The notes under the pieces are model-generated. The model did no database searches and was not told the DNA's origin. It saw only the letters and a list, made by a program, of their open reading frames with translations. Below, piece after piece: positions 16,398 through 25,721 of a stretch of DNA of 32,000 nucleotides (positions are counted from its first letter, which is position 1; each line of letters begins with the position of its first letter). The stretch is from assembly GCF_900103955.1 (NCBI RefSeq), contig NZ_FNIL01000014.1, forward strand, positions 1 through 32,000, in the 5' to 3' direction. The stretch is from Alkalicoccus daliensis (lineage in GTDB: Bacteria; Bacillota; Bacilli; Bacillales; Salisediminibacteriaceae). Position numbers and translations under genes: made by a program.

Positions 16398-17831
16398 ATG
16401 AAGAACGGATTTACGCAGTTTGGATTAAGTGAAGAAATCGTGGAGGCGCTTGACGGTTTGAAATATAAAGAACCTACAGAAGTGCAGGAACGTGTGATTC
16501 CTGAAGCGATGCAGCGAAAAGATGTAGTGGTGAAGGCACAGACAGGAAGCGGAAAAACTGCTGCATTTGCAGCTCCGATATGTGAACAGATAGTATGGGA
16601 AGAAAATAAGCCGCAGGCATTAATTTTAACCCCGACAAGGGAGCTTGCGATGCAGGTAAGGGAAGAAATTCAAAATATCGGCCGTTTTAAAAGAATTAAA
16701 GCCTCCCTGCTTGTAGGGCAGCAGCCTGCAGCGCCGCAGCGGGTGGAGCTGAAGCAGAAGGTACATGTAGTAGTCGGAACGCCAGGGCGGGTCCTTGATC
16801 ATTTGAAAAAAGGAACGCTTGCGCTGGATAAGGTGAAGCATCTGGTACTGGATGAAGCAGATGAAATGCTGAACATGGGATTTATTGATCAGGTGGAGGA
16901 AATTATCGGAGAAGTTCCGGAAGCACGGACGACTTCTTTATTTTCTGCAACGCTTCCGAGAAAGGTAAGAGACCTTGCTGACTTTTATATGCGTTCTCCT
17001 GAAACAATTGAAGTAAAAACAGCTGCACAGAAGCCGGACATTTCTTTCCGCTGGATTCAGGCAGATGAGGAAGAGAAGTTTAAAGTATTAACACAGCTTT
17101 TAGCCGTGGAACGACCGGAATCGGCAATTCTTTTCTGTGCGAGAAAAGAAACAGTGGACGATGTGGAACGCCGGTTAACGGATGAAGGGATTTCTGCAGC
17201 AAAGATTCACGGGGGACTGGAACAGAAAGACAGAACGCGTGTGATGCAGGAATTTAAGCGGGGGACTGTGCGATATCTCGTAGCGACTGATGTAGCAGCA
17301 CGAGGGATCGATGTTTCCGAGATGCCGCTCGTCGTCAATTACGATGTACCGGAAGAAGCAGATAAGTTTGTACACCGTACCGGAAGAACGGCGCGGGCAG
17401 GAAAAAGCGGGGAGGCTATTACGATAGCTGCACCGAGAGAAAAAAGATTTGTGGCGGAAATTGAACGCTATACAAATGAAACTGTAAACTGGGAAGAAGC
17501 ACCGCTTGTTACGACAGCAGATCAGCGTGCTTTTGATCAATTAATGGAAACAGTGCCGCAGATGAAAAAAAATAAAAGTGCGCCGCTCGAAAAAAATATT
17601 ACCAAGCTGTATTTCAATGGCGGCAAGAAAAAGAAGTTAAGAGCTGTGGATTTTGTAGGAACCATTACGAATATTCCTGAGGTAACAGCGGATGATATCG
17701 GTGTTATTTCTATCGAACAGCTGGCAACCTATGTGGATATTCTCAATGGAAAAGGATCGGTAGTTCTGCAGGAAATGCAGGAGCGAACGGTCAAAGGCAA
17801 GCGGTTAAAAGTAAGGGAAGCAAGAAATTAA
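16398..17831 (+). CDS. dbpA: DEAD-box ATP-dependent RNA helicase DbpA/YxiN (23S rRNA hairpin-92 specific type)
   Basis: Motifs AQTGSGKT, DEAD, SAT and HRTGRTARAG are present. The C-terminal DbpA RNA-binding domain (KLYFNGGKKKKLRAVDFVGTI...KGKRLKV) is close to B. subtilis YxiN. Confidence 0.9.
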   Translation: MKNGFTQFGLSEEIVEALDGLKYKEPTEVQERVIPEAMQRKDVVVKAQTGSGKTAAFAAPICEQIVWEENKPQALILTPTRELAMQVREEIQNIGRFKRIKASLLVGQQPAAPQRVELKQKVHVVVGTPGRVLDHLKKGTLALDKVKHLVLDEADEMLNMGFIDQVEEIIGEVPEARTTSLFSATLPRKVRDLADFYMRSPETIEVKTAAQKPDISFRWIQADEEEKFKVLTQLLAVERPESAILFCARKETVDDVERRLTDEGISAAKIHGGLEQKDRTRVMQEFKRGTVRYLVATDVAARGIDVSEMPLVVNYDVPEEADKFVHRTGRTARAGKSGEAITIAAPREKRFVAEIERYTNETVNWEEAPLVTTADQRAFDQLMETVPQMKKNKSAPLEKNITKLYFNGGKKKKLRAVDFVGTITNIPEVTADDIGVISIEQLATYVDILNGKGSVVLQEMQERTVKGKRLKVREARN

Positions 17832-17842
17832 AGCATCAGTGG

Positions 17843-17877
17843 AAAGAACCTCTGCTCTTATTTGAGAGAGGTTCTTT
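17843..17877 (+). terminator. dbpA terminator
   Basis: AAAGAACCTCT-N13-AGAGGTTCTTT is followed by a T-run. Confidence 0.85.
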
Positions 17878-17896
17878 TTTTATAAGGTCGGGATTT

Positions 17897-18526
17897 TCAG
17901 CCGGAATCAGCTTCTTTTTTCATCTGCTGAAAAGCAACTACATTTGTTCCTTCCTGAATAAGCGCTTCTTGTTCCCGGTGGATTTTCCAATCAACAAATT
18001 TCAAGCTGCCTGCAAGAAGCTTTGCAATATTCATCACCGTATAAAGGCGGGTACTCTGCAGTACTGAGAGTTCCATAAAACCGGACACGTTAACAATGCC
18101 GGTTAAATAAATATCTCCTACAGGCGGCAGATCTCTTCCGAGTGCTGATCCTGGAAGCAGCGGTCCATCTCCAAGGACGATGGTTCCTACATTCTGATAA
18201 CTTCCGAGACAGGCATCGACCGCAATAACGAACGGGTCCTGGTGGTCTTCCTGGACCGTTTGTAAAACTTCCTGCAGATTTTTTGCATGCACAGGGGCTT
18301 CGAGTGTGCCGTACACATGAAAATGGGAGAGGCGGCGCTCTTTTAGGAAAGTGCCGGTCAGCGGGCCAAGTGAATCACCGGTGGACCGGTCCGTGCCGAT
18401 ACAAATAAGTACAAGAGGCCGTGAATCAGCCGGTATTTTACTTCGAAGCTGCTCAGACAGTTGTCGCATCGTATGAGGAGCATCCCAGAGAAAGCGAGTC
18501 TGCTCCACATAAAGTTTTTCCCTCAT
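17897..18526 (-). CDS. yyaC: YyaC-family putative spore protease
   Basis: LICIGTDRSTGDSLGPLTG...AVDACLG is typical of YyaC/GPR-like proteins, with RBS GGAGGG. Confidence 0.8.
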   Translation of the reverse strand: MREKLYVEQTRFLWDAPHTMRQLSEQLRSKIPADSRPLVLICIGTDRSTGDSLGPLTGTFLKERRLSHFHVYGTLEAPVHAKNLQEVLQTVQEDHQDPFVIAVDACLGSYQNVGTIVLGDGPLLPGSALGRDLPPVGDIYLTGIVNVSGFMELSVLQSTRLYTVMNIAKLLAGSLKFVDWKIHREQEALIQEGTNVVAFQQMKKEADSG

Positions 18527-18714
18527 ACATAAAACCCTCCGTTCGTTATAAAGAATAATTGTATGTTCATTATAACGTACACAACTTATAAATCAAGACC
18601 TTTACTGAAAAATATATTTTTGTATTTTTAAAAAAAGAGCAGGTGGTATAGTATAATAGTTTCAGCGGTATTCCGCCGCACGGGAGACACTCCCGTAGAA
18701 AGGAGGAAGTTAGA

Positions 18715-18981
18715 ATGGACGTAGGCAGAATGTCAATGGCCACGAGTCAGGTCCAAACCCAGCAGCAGGCATCTGAACTGATGCAGCAGCATCAGCTGGT
18801 GGAGGAAGCAACTCAGCCGGAAGGACGTGCCGCAGCTGTAGGCACAGCTTCCGAGTTGAACAATCAGCAGCAGAAACACCAGCATGAGCAGCAGGAACAG
18901 CAGATCATGCAGCAGCTGATTGATCAGCAGCAAAGGTCGGTACAGCCGTATTTAGGCGGTATCGTTGATGTACGCGTATAG
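18715..18981 (+). CDS. YjfB-family putative motility protein with a Gln-rich insertion
   Basis: The N terminus (MSMATSQVQTQQQAS) and C terminus (PYLGGIVDVRV) match the YjfB_motility pattern. RBS is AAGGAGG. Confidence 0.65.
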   Translation: MDVGRMSMATSQVQTQQQASELMQQHQLVEEATQPEGRAAAVGTASELNNQQQKHQHEQQEQQIMQQLIDQQQRSVQPYLGGIVDVRV

Positions 18982-19221
18982 TGCATCATGCGGAAAAGTC
19001 GTTCTCTATAGAGAATGGCTTTTTTGTATGCAGAAGCAGGACAGATTACAGGATAGACTGTATATTCCTTATTTGTTCCTCTCAAGAGTAATATGCATAA
19101 ATTCATTATATTTTAAAATTCTTAATTTTCAAAATAATATACTTAATTTTCTGCACAATTATGTTATATTAGTGGTATAATGCTGTGCTTTGAGTGAATA
19201 TCAAATATGGAGGGATGCACG

Positions 19222-19578
19222 ATGCAGGAAAAAGGCTCGCCCCCTGTCAGCAGTTCCGGATTGAACCAGAATACAGCAGCTACGTTAAGTTATGTGCTCG
19301 GATTCATTACAGGACTCATTTTTTTATTTTTGGAAAAAGATAATAAGTTTATTCGCTATCATGCCATGCAGTCAATAGTCATATCCCTCGCTTTTCTGCT
19401 TATCAACACGATACTCAGCTTTATTCCGATCATCGGCTGGATTCTCGCACCGCTGTTTGCACCGGTTGCACTTATCATCTGGATTCTTTGCATGGTGAAA
19501 GCTTACCAGGGCCACTGGTATGAATTTCCTGTCGCAGGGAAATTCGCCAGGGAACAGGTGGAGAAAATGCCGTCTTAA
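19222..19578 (+). CDS. DUF4870-family small membrane protein
   Basis: The AATLSYVLGFITGLIFLFLEKDNKFIRYHAMQS signature is present with 3 TM helices. ATG 19222 follows GGAGGG; ATG 19207 is an alternative start. Confidence 0.7.
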   Translation: MQEKGSPPVSSSGLNQNTAATLSYVLGFITGLIFLFLEKDNKFIRYHAMQSIVISLAFLLINTILSFIPIIGWILAPLFAPVALIIWILCMVKAYQGHWYEFPVAGKFAREQVEKMPS

Positions 19579-19590
19579 ACATATTGCAAA

Positions 19591-19618
19591 AAGGAGCAGC
19601 CTCTTGGGACTGCTCCTT
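19591..19618. terminator. Bidirectional terminator
   Basis: AAGGAGCAG-N10-CTGCTCCTT lies between convergent genes. Confidence 0.8.
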
Positions 19619-19621
19619 TAC

Positions 19622-20503
19622 TTATTCTGAAGAAGTAGACAGCGGGTTTTCCTTATCGCTCATCCATTCATTCAGGGAACCATCATACACTGCCGCTTCT
19701 TTTCCCAGAGAGGCAAGCGCAAGTGCATTCCAGGTAGCTGCCACGCCGCCCCCGCAGTACGTAATTACTTTTTTCTCCGGGTCAAGCGCGCCGGTGGAGG
19801 TGAAAATTGCCCTTAAAGTGTCTTCGTGCGGAAGAGAGCCGGAAGGCGTACTTAAATCCCCGAAAAACACATGCTCACTGCCGGGAATATGTCCTTTTCT
19901 CGGATAGTTGTTTGTCTCCCCGCGAAAATCTTCACTGGATAGGCAGTTCATAATAATTGTTTTTTCATCGTACATAGAATCTTTAATATCATTGATAGTA
20001 GCGTAAAGTTCCGGCCGGTATCTGCCGATAAAAGAACCAGCGGCCGTTAACGGGATTTCCTCTGTTAATGGTTTTGCTTCCTGTTTCCACTTGGGCAGGC
20101 CGCCGCCGAGAACAAATACTTTATTATGGCCGGAAAGTCGAAACTGCCACCATAACCGCGATGCCCAGTCTGAAGAAGTGAAGGTGGCGCCGACTACCGG
20201 ACCGCGGTCATAAATCACCACGGTAGTGTCATCGTCGATTCCGAGTCCCCTTGCTTCATGGACAAAGGACTCGTGCGGGAGAGCGGTAAGCGGCTGCGCG
20301 GCATCTACATCGGAAAACTGTGTAAGCAGGTTCGCGAAAACAGCGTTTGGCAGATGTGCCAGCTGATAAGCTTCCTCGCCGGGAGTAATACGAAGGCCTT
20401 CATCTGTCTGTTCCATAAATACAGTCGCATCAATAATACGAAGGTTGTCATCATCTTTATGCTCAAAAAGCCAATCTGTCGTTACGAGTGGATGTACGTC
20501 CAT
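19622..20503 (-). CDS. Tandem-rhodanese sulfurtransferase (thiosulfate/3-mercaptopyruvate type)
   Basis: There are two rhodanese domains, with the active-site loop YCGGGVAAT in the C-terminal one. The start was set at ATG 20503, 10 nt after AAGGAG. Confidence 0.8.
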   Translation of the reverse strand: MDVHPLVTTDWLFEHKDDDNLRIIDATVFMEQTDEGLRITPGEEAYQLAHLPNAVFANLLTQFSDVDAAQPLTALPHESFVHEARGLGIDDDTTVVIYDRGPVVGATFTSSDWASRLWWQFRLSGHNKVFVLGGGLPKWKQEAKPLTEEIPLTAAGSFIGRYRPELYATINDIKDSMYDEKTIIMNCLSSEDFRGETNNYPRKGHIPGSEHVFFGDLSTPSGSLPHEDTLRAIFTSTGALDPEKKVITYCGGGVAATWNALALASLGKEAAVYDGSLNEWMSDKENPLSTSSE

Positions 20504-20595
20504 TAATATCACGCTCCTTTTTCCTTTTTAGTATACCGATAGATCCGTTTCGATACGAATAATATGCTGATGCTCAATTAAACAGGAGGATGCTT

Positions 20596-20823
20596 ATGAA
20601 TGCGAATGAATTGTTTCTTCAGGAACAGCTGGAGTGGACGAAAAAAAGAATGGCGCTTTATGATGCTATAGAAAATAAACTGAGAGAAATGCGGGAAATA
20701 GCGGAAGAAGCTGCGGACAACCGTGCGACTGATGCAGACCGGTTGCATCTGCAGCAGCAAATAGAAGAAAAACAGACGGAACTGGAAGAGCTCCAGTCGG
20801 AACTGGAAACAATCGTTCATTAA
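20596..20823 (+). CDS. 75-aa acidic coiled-coil protein, function unknown
   Basis: ATG 20596 lies 6 nt after AGGAGG. The sequence is heptad-rich (LQQQIEEKQTELEELQSELE). It lies just upstream of the fliD-1 SigD promoter. Confidence 0.55.
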   Translation: MNANELFLQEQLEWTKKRMALYDAIENKLREMREIAEEAADNRATDADRLHLQQQIEEKQTELEELQSELETIVH

Positions 20824-20896
20824 GACAAGTTGAGGAAGGAAGTCCCGCAAAAAATAATTCACCTTTCCGCCGCATGGAGAAATAATTAAATTTCCT

Positions 20897-20923
20897 TAAA
20901 CAAATCGGTGCACCTGCCGATAT
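20897..20923 (+). promoter_or_regulatory. SigD-type promoter (perfect consensus)
   Basis: TAAA-N15-GCCGATAT matches exactly. It lies ~245 bp upstream of fliD-1. Confidence 0.8.
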
Positions 20924-21169
20924 TACACTTAGCGCATATAATGACTATATTTATCAGCAGAAGGTCCGACTGGATCAATTTCTACATGGAAATTCTAAAG
21001 TGCTGCAGAAAATAACGAAATTGAAGAAGATAAGCAAAAACAGAAAAAAGAAGCCTCGTGCCGATTTTTTCTGTTTTTTATTTTTTTCAGCATATTTTCA
21101 GGTGTTCTATATCTAACAAAGATGAATTACATAATGAAAGCATAACAGTAAATTCGAAGGGATGATTGG

Positions 21170-22777
21170 ATGGATGGCATGAACAGGATGACGGGGTTTG
21201 CCTCCGGAATGGATATAAACCAGATGGTATCAGATTTAATGCGAGCGGAGCGGCAACCGCTGGAACCTATGCAGCAGAATTCTATGGAGCTGCAGCTGAA
21301 AATTGATGAATACAGGCAGATGAATTTAAAATTTTCGGAGTTTCGCAACAACACGTTTGACGGTATTTTACGCTCCTCTAACATGCGGTCAAGAGAAACT
21401 GTCAGTTCCAATGAAGCTGCTGTGACTGCACGGGCTTCCGCAAGTACGCCAGAGGGAAGCTACACCATATCCGATGCTTCTCTCGCCAGGGCGGAAATGC
21501 ACGTATCTGAAGCGGCGGGAGAAAACGGGTCTTTTGTAAATGACCTAGCTGCATTTGACCGCAGTGAAAGTTTTCTCCAGCAGGCAGAACTTTTACATGG
21601 CGTAGAAGAAGGCCAGACCGAAGCTGCGTTTGCTATTGCAGTATTTGATGAAAATGGTGCTGCAGTGCCGCAGGAATTTACTGTGGATGAAAGCAGCAGT
21701 CTCGATGATATTCTCAATGATGTGAATCAGTCTGCATTAGGTGTACAGGCTTTTTATGATGAATTCTCCGGAAGGATTTCTCTGCAGAGAGCAGAAACGG
21801 GCGTTTTTAATGAGACTGGGAATGAAATTCAGTTTGGGGAAATAGATGCAGACGGGGAGTTTATAGAAGCTGAACCAGGAGAGCAGCATTTCTTTTCCAC
21901 GGCCTTTGGGCTGGAAAACAATACGCCGATGCAGGAAGCAGCAAATGCGGCCTTTACGATGAATGGGCTCAGTGAAATGGAAAGACGCAGCAATTCTTTT
22001 GAAATAAACGGGTTAAATGTAACTTTGAATCAGCCCTTCACTGAACAAGTATCGATCGGTGTATCTTCAGATGACGAAAAAATATTTGATACAGTAATGG
22101 GATTTGTTGAAGATTATAATGAGCTCGTAAGTGCAATGCAGGAAAAAACAGGGGAAGAATATTTCCGGGATTATGCACCTCTAACAGATGAGCAGCGGAG
22201 AGAATTATCAGACACAGAGGTGGAAATGTGGGAGGAAAAGTCAAACAGCGGCCTGCTGCGGAGAGACAGTATTATTTCGGGTGCGGTCAGCTCCATGAGA
22301 TCCCAGTTTTATGAACCGGTGAATACAGCGGATGGTGATCAGGCTTTCACACAGATTACAGAAATAGGCATAACTACTTCCACCGATTTCCGCCAGGGCG
22401 GGATACTGGAAGTGAATGAGGAGCAGCTGCGCGCCTCTATCGCGGAAGATCCGGATGCGGTATTTAACTTATTTGCCGCAGATGGAGAAACACAGGAAGA
22501 GCGCGGAATAGCGAGAAGGCTCCGTGCTACGCTCGACGACAGCATCCAGCAGATCGGACAGCGTGCCGGACGCACGGAAATGTCCGGGAATCAGACATTT
22601 ACTCTCGGCAGGGAGCTCGAACAGCAGTCAGATCAAATTTCGAATTTTGAGCGACGGATGCAGCAGGTCGAACAGCGTTACTGGAGCCAGTTCAATGCTA
22701 TGGAACAGGCAATGGCCCGTGCGAACGCACAGGCCGAACAGCTGATGTCGCAGATGGGCGGCAAGCAGGGAATGTAG
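21170..22777 (+). CDS. fliD: Flagellar filament cap protein FliD, paralog 1 (535 aa)
   Basis: The N terminus (MTGFASGMDINQMVSDLM) and the conserved C-terminal FliD domain (ITEIGITTSTDFRQGGILEVNEEQL...FERRMQQVEQRYWSQFNAME) are present. Confidence 0.9.
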   Translation: MDGMNRMTGFASGMDINQMVSDLMRAERQPLEPMQQNSMELQLKIDEYRQMNLKFSEFRNNTFDGILRSSNMRSRETVSSNEAAVTARASASTPEGSYTISDASLARAEMHVSEAAGENGSFVNDLAAFDRSESFLQQAELLHGVEEGQTEAAFAIAVFDENGAAVPQEFTVDESSSLDDILNDVNQSALGVQAFYDEFSGRISLQRAETGVFNETGNEIQFGEIDADGEFIEAEPGEQHFFSTAFGLENNTPMQEAANAAFTMNGLSEMERRSNSFEINGLNVTLNQPFTEQVSIGVSSDDEKIFDTVMGFVEDYNELVSAMQEKTGEEYFRDYAPLTDEQRRELSDTEVEMWEEKSNSGLLRRDSIISGAVSSMRSQFYEPVNTADGDQAFTQITEIGITTSTDFRQGGILEVNEEQLRASIAEDPDAVFNLFAADGETQEERGIARRLRATLDDSIQQIGQRAGRTEMSGNQTFTLGRELEQQSDQISNFERRMQQVEQRYWSQFNAMEQAMARANAQAEQLMSQMGGKQGM

Positions 22778-22807
22778 GCAGGTTCCATACTGGCAATGCA
22801 GTTCATT

Positions 22808-23392
22808 TTAAAATATCATCAGGAGAATACTGCCAATTAAAGCAGTAATAATAAGAAAATGGACTGCTTTTAAAAGGGTTTTCCTAAATACAGAATTTTC
22901 TCCGAACTGGTAAGAGAGGTAAAAGCCTATCAGCGGATAAGCAGTAAATACAAAAGGAACTACAAAAAAGATACTTAAAATCCCGGTTATCCAGCTTGTG
23001 TACTGATTCAATAAGAACAAACTGAGCAGGAAGGGTACAGTGGTAAACACTGTATACTTTGCATAAGATTTCATTTGAGAAAGGTAAAATTCTTTCTGGG
23101 TGTCCGGGTCAGAATAAATCGGAGTCGTTCCCGCCGGAGCCCGGAAAATATATAAAGAGCCCTGGGAAGCAGCCAGCTCCCATCCTGCTGCCTCGAACAT
23201 CTCAAAATATTCTGCCTCCGGATTGTCCCGGAAATCAATTTTATAGGTGAAATCTGCGGGCTCTCCTTTTTCAAAGAGATAATTGAGTCCACGGAACCCG
23301 CTTAAATGATTTCCGTTCTGCGATTCCTCACGCAGCATTTCCATATCGTCAGACTCACCAAAAGCTAAACCGCTACTCCATTTTTTCTTCAT
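22808..23392 (-). CDS. DUF2812-family membrane protein (PadR-associated)
   Basis: There is an N-terminal soluble domain followed by TM helices. The start MKKKW follows GGAGGG, overlaps the padR stop by 20 nt, and fits the classic PadR-DUF2812 pairing. Confidence 0.7.
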   Translation of the reverse strand: MKKKWSSGLAFGESDDMEMLREESQNGNHLSGFRGLNYLFEKGEPADFTYKIDFRDNPEAEYFEMFEAAGWELAASQGSLYIFRAPAGTTPIYSDPDTQKEFYLSQMKSYAKYTVFTTVPFLLSLFLLNQYTSWITGILSIFFVVPFVFTAYPLIGFYLSYQFGENSVFRKTLLKAVHFLIITALIGSILLMIF

Positions 23393-23717
23393 TGATATTT
23401 CCCTCCAGTGCAATTTTTCCGTGCTGTACCATCATTTCCCGGCGCACCACTTCTTTTTGCAGGACTGTTTTCCCATAATTTGAAATAAGATAGACTTTTT
23501 TATTGTTTTCCTCCAGTTTCTCTACGATCAGTTCTTTTGTTTTCAGCTTTTTCAGCGTGGTGTACATAGAAGCCGGACCAATTTTCAGCGTTCCATTAGT
23601 CATCTTTTCAATCGCCTGCATAATTGCGTACCCATGCATCGGCTGCAGCAGTGTGATTAAAATATAATACATTGTATCAGTGAGCTCTCCCTGCTTCAGG
23701 GATTCGTTTCTTGCCAA
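23373..23717 (-). CDS. PadR-family transcriptional regulator
   Basis: A winged HTH is present (YILITLLQPMHGYAIMQAIEKMTNGTLKIGPASMYTTLKKL). The TTG start lies 6 nt after GGAGGTG. Confidence 0.85.
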   Translation of the reverse strand: MARNESLKQGELTDTMYYILITLLQPMHGYAIMQAIEKMTNGTLKIGPASMYTTLKKLKTKELIVEKLEENNKKVYLISNYGKTVLQKEVVRREMMVQHGKIALEGNINEEKME

Positions 23718-23732
23718 TTACTTCACCTCCAT

Positions 23733-23779
23733 ATATCGTTTAATGATATATCTGTTAATAATATATCATTAAACGATAT
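23733..23779. promoter_or_regulatory. Perfect 19-bp inverted repeat, candidate PadR operator
   Basis: ATATCGTTTAATGATATAT-N9-ATATATCATTAAACGATAT begins 16 bp upstream of the padR start codon. Confidence 0.6.
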
Positions 23780-24028
23780 AATGATCAAGTATTTATCTTA
23801 TGTTTCTGGATTGATTTAGCCGCATCAGCTTATAATTCCTGCTTAGGAAAGGCAGGTTTCTGTTGGGAATTGAAGGAGAACCTTAAATCGGTAAAATTAT
23901 CTATTTATGAAATTCTTTCTTCTGTAAACTCACAGACTGATGCATCTAAATCTAATATAAAAATACCAGCGGATTAAAAGCTGGTTTCTTGCGTAGAAAA
24001 AGAGGGCATGTTAAGATAAAATTATAAA

Positions 24029-24045
24029 TGACTGACAGTCAGTCA
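24029..24045. promoter_or_regulatory. Palindromic candidate TetR operator
   Basis: TGACTGAC-A-GTCAGTCA ends 17 bp upstream of the tetR-family start codon. Confidence 0.6.
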
Positions 24046-24061
24046 AAAGCAGGAGGGCGAA

Positions 24062-24634
24062 ATGAGAGAAGAAAAACAGAGGAAAATTGTGGATGCAGCG
24101 ATGGAAGTTATTGAAGAACACGGATTTGAAAAAGCATCTGTTTCTCAGTTTGTGAAAAGGGCAGGAGTCGCGCAGGGGACTTTCTATTTATACTTCTCCT
24201 CCAAAAATGAAATTGTTCCTGCGATCGCAGAAAGAATCTTGACAGAGCAGCTGAAAAGGGTGCAGGAGAGAGCAGGGGAAAGCCCTTCCCGCAAAGAGCT
24301 CCTGCACGCGCTGATTGATATTACATTTGATATTACAGAAGAATACAAATCGCTGATCAGCTTCTGCTACGCAGGGATTGCGCTGTATTATTCTTTCGAA
24401 CGATGGGAAGAAATCTACCGTCCGTATTACAGCTGGCTGGAGGAACAATTTGAACATCTGCGCAGCGATAAAAAAATAGCGGGAAATGTAGCGCTGGCAT
24501 ATCAGGTAAATTATACGGTCGGCTTAATTGAACACGGTGCAGAATCTTATTATTTATCCCATACCGCTGCTGGGGACAGGAAAGAAATGAAGAAGCAGCT
24601 TTATAAATTTACAAAACAGGCACTTTATGCTTAA
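24062..24634 (+). CDS. TetR/AcrR-family transcriptional regulator
   Basis: There is an N-terminal HTH (FEKASVSQFVKRAGVAQGTFYLYFSSK), with RBS AGGAGGG. Confidence 0.85.
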   Translation: MREEKQRKIVDAAMEVIEEHGFEKASVSQFVKRAGVAQGTFYLYFSSKNEIVPAIAERILTEQLKRVQERAGESPSRKELLHALIDITFDITEEYKSLISFCYAGIALYYSFERWEEIYRPYYSWLEEQFEHLRSDKKIAGNVALAYQVNYTVGLIEHGAESYYLSHTAAGDRKEMKKQLYKFTKQALYA

Positions 24635-24662
24635 TGAACATTAAAAATTTTGAGGTGGAATA

Positions 24663-25574
24663 ATGAACGGCGTATCAGAAAAAAGAATTCTTTGGATGTC
24701 TGTAATTGCAGCCATCCTTTTTTCGGTGGCAGGAGTAACGCTGGGACTTCTGTTCGATTCTCAGATGATATTATTCGATGGCTTATATTCGTTTATCAGT
24801 GTAGGGCTTTCTTATATTTCTCTGGCAGCATTAAAATTTATGAATCAATCTGATTGGGAAAAATACCCTTTCGGGAAGGATATGTTAGAACCGATTGTTA
24901 TCCTTGTAAAATATACGGTCATTCTTCTGCTTGTCACAGGTTCCATCCTCGCAGCTGCAGTCTCGCTGTTTCAGGGCGGCAGGGATTTCCAGGTAGGCCC
25001 CGCCTTTTTATACGCAGCTGTATCTATGGCTGCTTGTCTTGGAGTGTACGTATATCTACGAAAGAAAAGTCACACGGGAAGCTCCTTGGTAAGGGCCGAA
25101 GCAAACCAGTGGATGATGGATTCGCTTGTGAGTGTAGGAGTATTTATTGGCTTTCTCGGTGCACTCGTATTGCAGCGCTTCGGCTATCAGGGCATCGTGC
25201 CTTATATAGATCCGGTCATGGTAATGCTTGTATCTCTCTATTTTCTGAAGTTTCCTTTAAAAGAGATGAAAAACGCCTGGAAGGAAGTACTGGAAATGGC
25301 GCCGGAAGATAATGTGCGGGAAAGAGTGCAGGAAAAAGTTGCAGAAATTGAGAAGCAGCACAAAATTGAAGAAAGCTTTATTAGAATCTCCCGCGTAGGG
25401 AGGACCATCTGGGTGGAAATCGATTTAGTGGCCGGCAGTGATCCTTCTCTGGAATCTTTAAGTGTCCAGGATAATGTAAGAGAAAAAATTGCAGAAGTGC
25501 TGGAAGGGACAGCTCCGAAAAAGTGGCTGACTGTTTGTTTTATGAAAGACAGGCGCTGGGCGGTAGAGGAATAG
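24663..25574 (+). CDS. Cation diffusion facilitator (CDF) family metal efflux transporter
   Basis: It has six TM helices, FDGLYS/DSLVS-type metal-site motifs and a C-terminal cytoplasmic domain. It is co-oriented with the TetR gene. Confidence 0.75.
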   Translation: MNGVSEKRILWMSVIAAILFSVAGVTLGLLFDSQMILFDGLYSFISVGLSYISLAALKFMNQSDWEKYPFGKDMLEPIVILVKYTVILLLVTGSILAAAVSLFQGGRDFQVGPAFLYAAVSMAACLGVYVYLRKKSHTGSSLVRAEANQWMMDSLVSVGVFIGFLGALVLQRFGYQGIVPYIDPVMVMLVSLYFLKFPLKEMKNAWKEVLEMAPEDNVRERVQEKVAEIEKQHKIEESFIRISRVGRTIWVEIDLVAGSDPSLESLSVQDNVREKIAEVLEGTAPKKWLTVCFMKDRRWAVEE

Positions 25575-25626
25575 GAAAGAAGTGCGATGCTTGTATGTCT
25601 TAAGCCCTGTTTTCGGGAAAAATCCT

Positions 25627-25653
25627 TCAATCAGGAAGTGTAATAACCGATAT
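25627..25653 (+). promoter_or_regulatory. SigD-like promoter upstream of fliD-2
   Basis: TCAA-N15-ACCGATAT is one mismatch from consensus in each element. The CCGATAT also forms an inverted repeat with ATATCGG at 25668-25674. Confidence 0.5.
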
Positions 25654-25721
25654 GATAAATAGCATAATATATCGGGTAATTTACAGTTCCATACAACAGA
25701 ATAGTCAGAGGAGTGAAAGAC

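Noticed and set aside
16674-16681. A reverse-complement GCCGATAT (SigD -10 element) lies inside dbpA.
   Set aside because: There is no TAAA at the required 15-nt spacing and the site is internal to a CDS. It is a chance occurrence.
18924-19180. Small ORFs lie in the AT-rich spacer after the yjfB-like gene.
   Set aside because: They have no RBS and their codon composition is implausible (Cys/Tyr/Leu/Ile-rich). The region is better explained as a terminator plus the promoter (TGGTATAAT at 19173-19181) of the next gene.
19584-19907. A 107-aa plus-strand ORF follows the DUF4870 gene.
   Set aside because: It lies antisense to the well-supported rhodanese CDS and starts inside a bidirectional terminator. 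It has no RBS.
24650-25312. Alternative-frame ORFs (24650..24853 and 24854..25312) overlap the CDF transporter gene.
   Set aside because: The 24663..25574 frame gives a full six-TM CDF architecture with an RBS. The other frames are shadows.
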